Assembly: GCA_051362555.1 (NCBI GenBank)
Contig: CM120649.1
Location: 3,100,001 to 3,164,000, forward strand
DNA length: 64,000 bases
Reading direction: 5' to 3'
From: Lingula anatina
Taxonomy: Eukaryota; Animalia; Brachiopoda
Both the position numbers and the translations under genes were made by a program. Under the pieces are notes generated by a model. The model had not been told where the DNA came from. It did no database searches and saw nothing but the letters and a program-made list of their open reading frames with translations. Of this stretch, positions 45,762 to 57,693 are shown one piece after another (the stretch's first letter is position 1; each line of letters starts with the position of its first letter).

Positions 45762-46254
45762 AGACTTTTGTTTACTTTCCAGTGGTCTTTGAAACTCGGA
45801 GTGTTTCGCCTCAGACATGGATAAAAATATCTTTGGTGCTTGGCCTTCCTGTTCGAAAACATGTCGTATCTTTTGTAGACAACTATTTTTTGGAAAAAGA
45901 TAAGCTGTCACCGAAATAATAGTATCTTTTTATGTATTTTCAGTCGATTGCCTCTGATCTGTTTGTCAAAATGAAGTTTTTTTTACATTTAAGGCAGACA
46001 ATTCGTATTATTTTTTACACGGCAGAATAATGAAATTTCTTGGAAATTTCAGCAGATCACACTTTTTCACCATATCCGAAAACGTTGGGATTTATAATCC
46101 CGTTTTTGACCTCTACTAAACAGCGACAGCTAGAGTGACGGCAGTGATGGCCGTTCGTGCAAGACCGCAATAACACTTTATGAATATGGAAAAAAAATTA
46201 TGAAAGGTGCATCTTCAGAAAGCGTACCTGTGCAGAAAATATATACATTCGTAG

Positions 46255-46342
46255 CTCGCGATAGCTCAGTTGGTAGAGCGGAGGACTGTAGTGGACGGAA
46301 TGAGATATCCTTAGGTCGCTGGTTCAAATCCGGCTCGCGAGA
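46255..46342 (+). tRNA. tRNA-Tyr(GTA) with 15-nt intron (copy 7)
   Basis: Same mature sequence; intron tggacggaatgagat. Confidence 0.95.
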
Positions 46343-47078
46343 AAACCTTTTTTTAAATTTGTTATTTGAACCTGATTTCATCTTATAAGCAGACACTAGT
46401 AAGTGTCTAGTGGAATAGTGATCCCGTCGCCGTAGTTATCGTCCAACAAACCTGTTAAATCTGTAACTGCTAGGGCATTTTTTGTTTTGATTTCAATTTC
46501 CTAGGTTTTTTTTATAAAACCAACAGAACAGTTTGAGTTTGAAGCCAACAGTTTGAGTTAAAAAAAATCAGCATTTCCTCCACCTCTTGCCCCACTGACT
46601 TGGACAGACATGCAGTATGCTTCGGCGTTATATTCTATGTGCAAATTAATTCTCGTTACGCATAAACATGGTAATTATAAACATGTCTTAACTTTTCATG
46701 TCACAGCTTCGAGGAGTTTACTGCCACTCAAAACAGAATGAAAATTTTGGTATTAATTTCCATTAGGTGAGACTTTTAAAATCATTTTAACAGACTTGAT
46801 GCATGCAAGTGTCATGCGTCTGCTGTTCTTGACGTTGTTGTAGTCGTTTTAGCAGTACACCCTATGCGTCAACTTTGGGGCTGGGGTGCATTTGAGCTGG
46901 AACAAAGAATTACATCGATGACATTAACCCAGTCGGGAGGCACCGTGTATTTCTCGGCTCAGTGCGAAATCATCTCTACCAACAGGACATGCTGATAATA
47001 TAGGATTCATTCCCTGAAGCTCAGGGTGGTGGAGAACGGACTAATTTGAAGAATACAGCAGAGAGGACCAAAAAGGTT

Positions 47079-47166
47079 TCTCGCGAGCCGGATTTGAACC
47101 AGCGACCTAAGGATGTCTCTCATCGTCCACTACAGTCCTCCGCTCTACCAACTGAGCTATCGCGAG
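47079..47166 (-). tRNA. tRNA-Tyr(GTA) with 15-nt intron (copy 8)
   Basis: Same mature sequence; intron tggacgatgagagac. Confidence 0.95.
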
Positions 47167-50100
47167 CTACGGCGGCCTATTATTCATGCTCGGTCACTGT
47201 GCCTCAGTCGTATAATCTCCTTCATCAGTTTAATATATTCATGTATAGCCAACGAGGTCGTAAACGGTTGCCTATCATTAAAGACCATTTGAAAATAATT
47301 CAGTCTTGATAAAGATCACTTTTTGCTTTGTAGATCATGAAAGACATCAGGTAGATTGTAAGGGGAGCAATTTTTCATGTATTGGTGGTGGTGTGTATGT
47401 GTGTGTGTGTGTGTGGGGGGGGGGGCATAGATAAAAAATCGAAAAGCCGATTATAGGTAATAATCTATAATACGGGGTCCTTATAACTTATGCCACCAGA
47501 GAAGGTTATGCTTAATTTGACTGTTTGTGGACAAGATATCTCATAAAAGTACATGTACTTTGCAAATTTATATGAAATTTTCTGGATGGAGTGCGGGGAA
47601 AAAGTAATCGCAGTTTCAACTGAATCAACCGGAACTTTTAAAGAACCAGCCCTTTGAAATTGCTGCCTTCACTTAGCCCAGACGTTGATGGTTTCCAGAC
47701 TTGTTTCTATTCCTTGCGGTTCACTGAATGGTTCACTATTCTAAAAACATCATCCTGGAACAAAGTTACTGAATGATATATTTGTCATGTGTACTTTTAG
47801 CACCTTGTGAACGGTAATTAATATCACACATGAATGCGAGATATGCACCTTGCAATCACCTGTAGCTGAGTTAACATCCGTCATTCAGACTAGAAATAGA
47901 TGTATTTAGTGTCATCAGGCGATTACATTACATAGGGACCTTATTGCCTGTAGTGGGTTTGAAGCAGAGTTACTGTCTAACACATGTATGCTTTCAACAA
48001 AGCCAATTTTAGACCTATAAGTCTGCCACGTGAACCTTATCAGATGAAAGGATCCACGTTCTGTCTATCACTCATCATGCTTTCATTTAGAAAGTGCGAC
48101 TGCTTGATTGCCATCAGCGTGTCTATGGCAATATCCTCTGCGTCACTGCGCTGGGTCAGTCTTATCTTTCGACAATAGATAAGATATCACAATTTGCTGT
48201 AATTATTGTAATTGTAGAGACACAATATACAGTGGATGTCATGTTGACCACAGGTAGAACAAAATTGTTACCCTTATCACTTTAGATTGTGTTGCGATAG
48301 AAATGACTTCTCTATCGCAATGTGAGGAAGCAATCATATTATATTCACCTTTTTTAGACAAAAGAACGTCCTACAAGGCTCAATAAGTACAAAAAAACGT
48401 GGATAGGAGAGCTAACAAGACTAAAAAGACAGGAAACTCGCTCTAGATTGATGTCATTTGACAATGGCACATAAAATCTAATGGTATGCACAAATAACTC
48501 GTGTTTTTATTAATGAGACCAAGGCTTCAAGTGCCTCGGGCTGGTTATCAACGTACCGGGCAATCCATCAGTAGCCGGAGAATCTACTCTGATGGCTGTA
48601 GTTCGCTGTGGATACAGTATTTTGCTATAGGCGGTAACACAAGAATAGAAATATTCTATTAAAAACAGGAAACGAAGACTATATCCTTCTTATACATGTA
48701 CATGTATATATACATACACTGGGATAGAAAGAGGCTCAGCTTTGTCTCGTTCTGCTTATAAATATCGTTAGTTTCTCTCCGTGCATTTCTCTAACTCGAA
48801 TCTTTCACAGAACACCTCATTTAATTGTTTCAAACGTATATTCTCTTACATATATAAATTAATCAAAATGTCGCATCAATTTCTCTTAAGATGTTTTCAT
48901 TTCTTTCATTTCCGTCTTATTTTCTTAGATTTTTATTTCTTTTTTCAAATCCCATCTATTATCCCAAGCTGTCTAATTTAGTTTGAGTGATGGGTCGCCT
49001 TTAACAGTTGGTGTGACGACTTTCATCATGTCCCGCACTTGCGACTCCACACGCCGGCAATATATAAAAAACTCTGTCCATTTACCTGTTGCTGTGATCT
49101 CCAAAGATGTTCATCTAGATTCTAATCTTCTGTTCGTGTTCCTTCGTCCAAACAAAACTTTGTGTGTTTGGAATTTCTCTGAAGCTGACGCTGAAGTAAA
49201 GAATGAGAGGTCGAAATCTGGAATAGTCAGATTGTGGATCGGTATAAAAATCTTAAAAATGGATGTCCTCTTGGAGGAAAAATAAAAAAAAATCACCTCC
49301 CTAACCTGAGAGTAAGTTTAGGCCACAACATTCTAAGGGTTTTAAACCCAGGTGTTACTACTGAAATAAAATATCGCCGTGAACAAGATTATAATAATAA
49401 CAAGATATAATGTCTAATATGTTTTTCTTAGAATTACCTTTTTTAGTATTATGCATGTACCATCTAACTTATGGTTGCAAATAAATATTACTATTACATA
49501 TTTGGCTTGGATTCCACTGAGGATGACATGTCACCGTCAAAGGGTGGCAGTATCTCTGACAGTTGTCATAACTCAACTCAGGACCTGGCCTGTCTTGTCC
49601 TTAAATGGCGATATGTTTTCCACATTTTTGCACTCTGTCGGTTACTGAAGGTGCCCCATTAGACGCAAAATTTGAAGGTGACATGTTAACTGGATGACTG
49701 TTAAGATGTGAGAGCACGGCATTCAGATGACGTCGAATAAAGTTTTTTTTCATATTTTCATGTTGAAAGCCTCAACTCTATATTTTTATTATTTTTATGC
49801 TACCCTTTTGTCGCATAGTTGCCTGCGTGAATTCAGAAAACATTTGTGGAATTTCAAATAACAGACTTTTCTGGAATTCATTTAATTCTTTGTTGCTCAC
49901 TCCACTACGTGACGGCAGGAATGCGACTTGGTCGACATCGCGCGATCAGAGTTACTGCAGTGCTTGTACTTATTATCTGAAATGAGCAAACAATTCAGTA
50001 ATTATTTATGTAAAACAGATAGAAAGACAGACATACAAACACAAAGACGAGCAGACAAACAGACAGACAGTCAGACAGACAGACAAACAGACAGACAGAC

Positions 50101-50442
50101 GGATAAAGTCTCCCACCAAAGAGCATGAGAGGCGGGAATTGAGAAATTTGCTATGACAACAACGCAACAAAATTTTTCTCTTCCCCTACGGTTGCAGATT
50201 TTCAATTGAATATCGTGTGAAAATCACCCCATGACCCCCGTAAGAACCGCCATCAAGAAAAAAAGTAGTCGTAAAACCTGCGTGTTTACAAATTATTGTT
50301 TAAAACGGTGTAAGTCGTTAGGTGATATTTTTTGTGTGCGAAGGCGTGACGTTTTGTTATAGCGGTGACAGGTATTTATTTCAGTTAGACAGCTGATATC
50401 CAACAGCTGGCTCACAGAAGATCTGTCAGACCCTGACTCTAA

Positions 50443-50703
50443 GGGACCATTCCCAGACCCTATCGTACTAACAATGGATCGATCTAACTCCCAATGGATT
50501 CTTGTTAAATTGCAATCAACTTAAGCGGCTTAGATGTCTGTCACGCCTACTGAAGCTGCTAGGGGGTAATTTTAAAATTATCGTTTAGCAGCTTCAGTAG
50601 GCGTGCCAGACATCTAAGCCGCTTAAGCTGAAAGCAATTTAGCGAGAAACCTCTCGGAGATGGATCGATCCTGTTAGGTCGATCTAGGTATGGGAACCCA
50701 GTC
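50443..50703 (-). mobile_element. MITE family C with an internal 42-bp inverted repeat
   Basis: TAA TSD on both sides; arms 50520-50561 and 50586-50627. Confidence 0.85.
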
Positions 50704-51623
50704 TAAAGTGTTCCTCCCGGTCACAGTGGTTCACCCTGAGGATGGGCGATAAGTACCCTGCGTTACAGAGGTCACTGAGAACTCGCCTCTGTCACCAGCA
50801 TGCCTCTGACATTTCTAGTATCAGCACTGGTGACTTTAGTTCGAATCTGGATACTGGTTATAATAGAAATATATAGATGATGGAAGCGAGTTTATATTGA
50901 CCCCTGACTCTCAGGGTAGGGTTAAAATATTTGATTGCCTGTTTAGCAACTCGACGCCGTGCCTGAGTTTTTTCTACTTTCTGTGCTGTCATAATTTGAC
51001 AGATGAAGTGATGCGATATATTAATTAGATCCATCCTCTTACGTGTAAAAACACGAATTATGTTACCCCTGCTATAATCAATAACAGCCAGTCAATGATT
51101 CTTGTTCGCGAGTTCAAGTTACCACAGTTTGAATCGACAAGTATCAATGTTCTGTAGATATCTGATCGGTTCTTTTATTGATACTTTTTTAAAAAGATAA
51201 AAAGATGCTTCTTATTTATCGTTCACCCCTGGGGCTGTTTTTTATTGTTATTAGAACTGTTTTTGTTGTCACAGCAAGGAAAAAACCACAAGATGTCTTA
51301 ATTATGAATCTAGTAGCTATAGTGTTGTTTGATCTGACAGGTTTTTGGGTTTGGGCGAAACAGGATACGTCGCACTCTTTTTTTCATGATCATAGAGCTG
51401 CATCGTTATAAAAATAGAGGCTGTTCTTTCACTGTCTTGTTTCCAGTAATCAACATTCATAATCTATGGAATGTTTTTGCGAACCAGGCACTGTCTTGTG
51501 TCTTGTGATAGAAGGTATTCACTAGACCGGTCCAATTCATCAGCATTCGTGTTGCACTAAATGGTTAATAATTGGACTATGCAACATGCGATGGATGCAC
51601 CACCGGCTGAGTTATGATTTTGC

Positions 51624-51664
51624 TGTGTGTGTGTGTGTGTGTGTGTGTGTGTCGTGTGTGCATT

Positions 51665-51752
<88 letters not shown>
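51624..51752. repeat. Compound (TG)n(CT)n(TG)n(GA)n microsatellite
   Basis: Direct reading; the CT and GA tracts are mutually complementary. Confidence 0.95.
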
Positions 51753-51756
<4 letters not shown>

Positions 51757-52302
51757 AAATCCTCTGTTCCCTCCCCGTGAAGTTATGACTGTATGGGAGT
51801 AGAGTTTGACACACAACCCAGACTGATATATCGAACGGTTTTTTACAGCGTCTCTTACGTCTTTTTTTCTTGCAGATCTGAAACTATACATTAATTGAAT
51901 ATATATTCCATGTTTTTGGTAAATGGATATTATGATGTCTACCATTATGCGACCTCCGCTGTGTCTTGAAAACTTGAGATCATCGCTGTTATTGATCCGA
52001 GAATTCACTTAGAGCACGATGACAGAGAAAAAAGCGCAGGAAGATGGAGCAAAATGGAAAGCTTTTGAAAAAATAAATGCAAAAAATGGATTTCATGGAC
52101 TGGTTGTGGAAGTGGGTTTAAATATGCAAAGATATTGCGGGCACATGCCCAAAAATGGTAAGCCAAAATAAATGAACCTACCTTTGTATGCATTTACACT
52201 TAGATGATAGCAAGCAGACGAAAGCAAAAGACAGTCAGCTAGTGACGGTGTACAGAACCGGTCTAGTCTTGCTGACGTCATTATAAAACCAATGATTGAA
52301 AA

Positions 52303-52342
<40 letters not shown>

Positions 52343-53510
52343 TGGGAGGGGGGTGGCGTGCGCGCGCGCGCGCGCGCGTGTGTGTGTGTGGGAGGAGGGA
52401 GGGGGTGGGGGGGGGGTGAGCCTCCCCTAGACCTTCAGCTCCTACGCCTGTTACACCATGCAGGATTTCATTTACAATTTGGAAGAAAGGTTCGGTTTTA
52501 GTTTGCCCAGATATGAACGATCCCCATCACCGCCCATATCAAGTATCAATTACACAGTGTTATGTTTGGTTGACGGGACATATGCGGAGGGACTGTCACC
52601 GACACCCCTTTCTTTGTGGCGTCTGTGGCAGGTATTATTATGGGGGATGTTGTGAAGTCAAAGAAATAGGTAGTAAGGGCTAAGGAGATATCTTTAAAGA
52701 ATGAGCACGATGAAAAACTACGATGACTTGCACATGAAAAGATTCACGTTCAAGTGAGGGATATGCAATACTTTAATGCCAACGTAAATCTATATAATTC
52801 TTTCTCGTTATTCTTCCTTTTAGATATATTTATCAAGTTTGTGCGAGAAATCTGTGTATGCAGTTGCAATAGGCCTGTCTCAATGAAGCTATAAGTTATG
52901 ATAAGGTCAAATTGGTCTAAAGTGATAGATCAATTATTTCAGACTAATTAGTTAGTCCCAATTAAATCAGTAGTAGTCTAATGTAAATAGATACTGCGGC
53001 TGTTTCATATCTAGAAAAACACGTTTAATATTTCAGACCAACATATATTTTCAATGAAATTCTATAGCCTTAAATGAAGTAGCGCGTATTTTTTCTGAAA
53101 GTTTATACCGGTGTACAAAGCTGTTCTCTCGACGCATATCCGTTACGCTAAGAACGTTTTAAAAGCAAATATTTGTGAAACGCCACCGAAACCTTGTCTT
53201 CTATGATAAGCAGCAGGTGCTCGAATATTATTGATTTCAAATAAAAGACGGAGAGGGAAGTACAGAGAAAAGAGGGGCGGAGTGAGATGTGTATAGAAAT
53301 TCTCTCTCTATCAACAAATCACCTGATCTCGGAAATGGATACTACATTAATTGGGAAAAGGTTTATAAAAGAGGCAAATGGAAATGAAGAAGGAACACGA
53401 CAAAGTCGGTTATACGATAGCCTTGGCTCTTCTCAAAATAGCTATGCTGTTACTGCCTGGTCTATTTGCAGAAACGTCTTAGAGTTATCGTCTACAGTCT
53501 AAGAAAAAGC

Positions 53511-53518
53511 TATAAAAG
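53511..53518 (+). promoter_or_regulatory. Candidate TATA promoter of an unidentified transcript
   Basis: TATAAAAG followed by about 250 nt of GC/CpG-richer sequence; GC box GGGGCGGAG at about 53275. Confidence 0.3.
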
Positions 53519-54400
53519 CGGGAGCAAGGTAGAGCGAGATTTAAACAATACGCAGCTCTCGACAAACAAGAGAGAGAGAGGTAGAGAGCACAAACGCTGC
53601 TGTCGCAGTAGCCGATGACGTGTCGGTGAGAGGCTCGCAGGTGACAAGAATGTCACTCGCCCGACTGTGACAAGGGCAGGACCTTACGTGCCGTAGTCGC
53701 TTTGAGTCGTAATCCACGTCACCAGTCAACCCGAACCCGTGTACTCTGAGGACGACGTACACTTGCCGCATGCAAATTAGGATAAAAAACATTCTATTTA
53801 AACTCGCTCGGTCAATTTTGATGCTGTTTATCATTGTATACAGCCTTGCAGCAGGTTTGGGAGCTCTAGTTTGTCCTGTGTCCACAGTTTTCGTGTACTT
53901 TAAAGGCGTTGTATTATACCTCCATGCAAATTGAGAAAAAGGATATTTTTTACTAGTTTTAGAGACTTCAGAAAGGGCTTTTTAGTGTGAGTTACATGGT
54001 ATTTTGACATCAGGGAAAGCATTTTTGATTTCAGAGTTCACATTTTTGTCATCCGTTGGCAAACAAGAGGGAAGTATTTGTACAAATAACTGTAATAACA
54101 GTGTCAAGAACTTTGCGGATTAAAAATTCGGTAGCTGGAATAACATTTGTTTTGGGAGCTCATATTTTTACCAGCTGGGCTAGAGCGTGTAGCAGGCTTT
54201 ACTAACATTCTGAAGCCAAGGAGGCAACAAAATCAGGGATTTTCGACATTCTTGGACGTCGAATAACTGTTGGGATTTTTGCGTGGCCTGGGAAACATTG
54301 TTTGAAGCAAGATGATCAAAGTGAAAGATTTGAAGCAAGTGAGGGATAAGACAGTGCAGATTGAATTCACCGTGGACAAATGTAGTAGGTGTTGAAATCT

Positions 54401-54435
<35 letters not shown>

Positions 54436-54498
54436 TGGACATAATAAGAGATCCCTTTTATGTCCAAGCTCTCTCTTTCTCTCTCACACACACACTAA

Positions 54499-54724
54499 CA
54501 CCCCATTTCCATAGATTTTTAGATCGATCTATCCCTGTGGGGAGTCTCACTAGATTACTGTCAGCTTGGCCGGCTTAAGCGTCTGTCCCGCCTACTAAAA
54601 GCTGTAAGGAGGTAATTAACTATGGTGCCCGCTCGGCTGACTGCAATTTAGCGTGAACCCCCAGGGAGTTAGGTCGATCTAAAACTTAATCTTTAGATCG
54701 ATCTAAATCTCTGGGAAAGCACTC
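54499..54724 (-). mobile_element. MITE family A, copy 6 (diverged)
   Basis: Reverse-complement core; TAA at both ends. Confidence 0.8.
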
Positions 54725-55413
54725 TAAGTTACTCTCTCATTTCTCTCTCCCTCCCTCTTTCTTTTTTTGCCTCTTCTTTCTCTTTCTCTCGCGGACGCTG
54801 TATTAGCTACTTTACTATCATCGTCCTCAATTCGATTATACCTGCGGAATACAATAGACACTAATGTCCTGAAACTGATGTATTTCGCCTGCATTTCTTA
54901 ATATATCGGTCTGATCAGGCAAGCGAATTCCACAGAGATCGTCTGCTTTTGTTTTCCTTAAACAGGAAATCGAAAAGGAGCATAATCGCTCACTATGTGT
55001 CAGACGGATGAGGACTGTCATGTAGGGCCCTCTTTCTCAATATTCTTATAATTGCGTTTTTGATATTTCCGTAGGATTTTGTTTGAGGGAGAGATATGCA
55101 CGATTTAACTTGCAGAATATACAGTAGGAAGAACTGTAGGAAGAACATGGTAGCAAGAAGGCGATATTAGATTGACCTGTCTACTCGTAATCCGTTATGT
55201 CAATCAGGCAGTATTTCCATGCCTTTTTTGCTGCTAAAAGAGGTGGGGTTGGGGGTGGGGTATAATAGCATGCGTATATATATATAGATGAAGTACAAAA
55301 GATCAAACAGGAACCAGGGGTAGGAGGGGGGGGGGTAGGGGTGGGAGGAGGGGTAGGGGTAAAGGGGGTACCGTAACATAATTGCATTATATCAAGTCCG
55401 CTTTTCGTCGCAC

Positions 55414-55449
<36 letters not shown>

Positions 55450-56202
55450 CTAAATAAGAGGACTGACAGACAGGCAGACAGACAGACAGATCTGTTAGTT
55501 GCAGAGTATGTAAAATCGGTATTTTGCACTATAATGAGGACATTTCTCTTTAAAAGCTTCAGTGTGTGGCGTCAAATGAGACCAACGCAGTACATTTTTT
55601 TACATTTCCCGAAAGCTCTGAATTCGTAATTTGTAGGTATCTTTTCCACGTATCAGATATACTTTTAGATATACTTTTACCTGGACAACTAAAAAGGGTC
55701 GGATTTTTCTTTGCTTTCGAGGCCAAAATAGAGAGAATTCGTTTTGATGTGTCCGTACGCATTTCGTGCCAGTCATCGCTCTGAAGTTTTACCAGCTCAG
55801 ACAATGTACCGCGCATATTTTCGTGACACCGTCAAAGACAAGACGGCTCCCATCACAGCGACAGGACTGCAGCTATGGTAATCCTTGAGGAGGAATAAAT
55901 TTCGTTGAAAAAAAAAAAAGAAAAAAAAAGAGAGGAAATGTCGCATGTGATCATTTTGATCTGTTTTTGTCCTGCCAGCAGCCTACCCAGTACGGTAGCC
56001 ATTGGTGAGGACCTTAAAAGTAATCATGGCCTGACATCATCAGGGAAAAACGTCAAATGACCCCTTCTTCTCAACGCCATCTAAGGCTTGTTTTTTCTCA
56101 AAAAGGAGAGACAAAGAGAGGTGAAAATAGAAACAAAATTCAGGCATTAATTCCTTCGCTGACATCATGGCGAAACTATTTCCAATTACGACCCGGCTAA
56201 CA

Positions 56203-56461
56203 GGGGCTCATTTCACACTAGAACTTAAATCCGAAAGTTGCGCTAAACTTTGAGACTAAATTTCCAGTCTAATTTGACCCAGGGGACATCAGGAGCAAAC
56301 CACTCAACTAAGATTATTGCTGTCTGTTTTAAAACAAGACCAATAGATACTTTAGATCAGTAGACTACTACCAATTTATCATGAATTAAATTAGACCAAG
56401 ATTTTGGTTTAAATTTGACGCACAACTTTCGGTCTTAATTTGTTTCTTGTAAAACGGCCGC
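56203..56461. mobile_element. MITE-like element with degenerate TIRs
   Basis: tttcaca..acttaaatccgaaagttgcg / gcacaactttcggtcttaat..ttgtaaaa. Confidence 0.5.
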
Positions 56462-56781
56462 TGGGCTGTTCAGGTCACGTCGATTCTAGTCATACGTCAC
56501 CCAAGTTTACGTCTAAATATAAGGTCATCTACCTGGGCGTCGCCTGTACAGAACGTCACGTCGTAATGGTCAAAGCAAGACATGTTCACAAAAGAAGTAA
56601 ATTAGGACCGGGAACAGACTAATTGACGTCATCCGAGGTAGAAAATTACGTAGGAACACCTATTGCGCCTTCTTTAATCCAATTCTAAGCACACTGGTTT
56701 TCTGATGAGGTTACTTAGTCAATTTCAGATCTAAATAAGGTTTGTTATGATTTGTTTTTAGTTGAAGGTGACACACACACG

Positions 56782-56824
<43 letters not shown>

Positions 56825-57644
56825 GTTAGGAATAGCAGTTTGAGATGCTGTCTTGTAACGAAATAACCAACATACACGTCTTATTTGCATCAATCTTGAG
56901 TTCAAGTAACAATAAATCCCGAGGATATCGATAATGCTCTTGAATTTGAACAAGTTACGGTCTGTCGAGGTAACGTTTAGTTAGATCTAGTTACACTTAA
57001 AATCAGACGACCTTCCCACGTAATAATCTGATATGTTGTGAAACGCAAAGGGCTTCTTTTATTTTCTTTTTTTTATTATTTCAATGCTTCATCAAGTGAG
57101 GGGCGTGTGACATCTTTCCCACGGTTATATCAGACTGGGATGTTTGTTTGATGACACAAATGCGGTCAATGACAATAGAATTGCTCGGGCAAAAATCTCA
57201 AGGACGACGGCTTGAGGTGCAGATTTGGAACACTGTACAAGTGGAAGGTGTAATGGAGACGAATTCGATTTCGCAGCAGGTGGAATAGGGATTCATGACG
57301 GGGAGAAGGACGGGAGGGGGAGGGGGCGTCTCCACCTCCAAAAAACTATGGAGATACGCTTTTTATCAATGAAGACGCACCAAACGAGATGTTTTGTTGT
57401 TTTTGTTTTTGTTTACAGTTAGCACCCTTTCTTCCTTTTCCTGTTTGGTATTTAAACTCTTGGTCAAGCAAGAAGGACATATAGGTCTTCATATTTTGTT
57501 TTGAGCAAACTTCAGCCAGAGAAAAACAATGGGGGAAGGGGTGAGTTTTCTTTATGCACCCTGAATTGAAAACGTGATTGCAAACACATTTTCATCATCA
57601 ACATGCGTACAGAGTTGAATTTCCAGTGACCTCCGAGCTTCAGG

Positions 57645-57693
<49 letters not shown>

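Noticed and set aside
40796-47166. CRISPR-like or SINE interpretation of conserved repeats with variable 15-nt inserts
   Set aside because: Each unit folds as a complete tRNA with a canonical intron after position 37. Spacing is 0.6-1.1 kb in both orientations, and there are no SINE tails, TSDs or cas genes.
40768-47309. Family of short ORFs sharing 'SREPDLNQRPKD...PLQSSALPTELSR' or 'RDSSVGRAEDCSG'
   Set aside because: These are translations of the tRNA-Tyr genes on either strand, not proteins.
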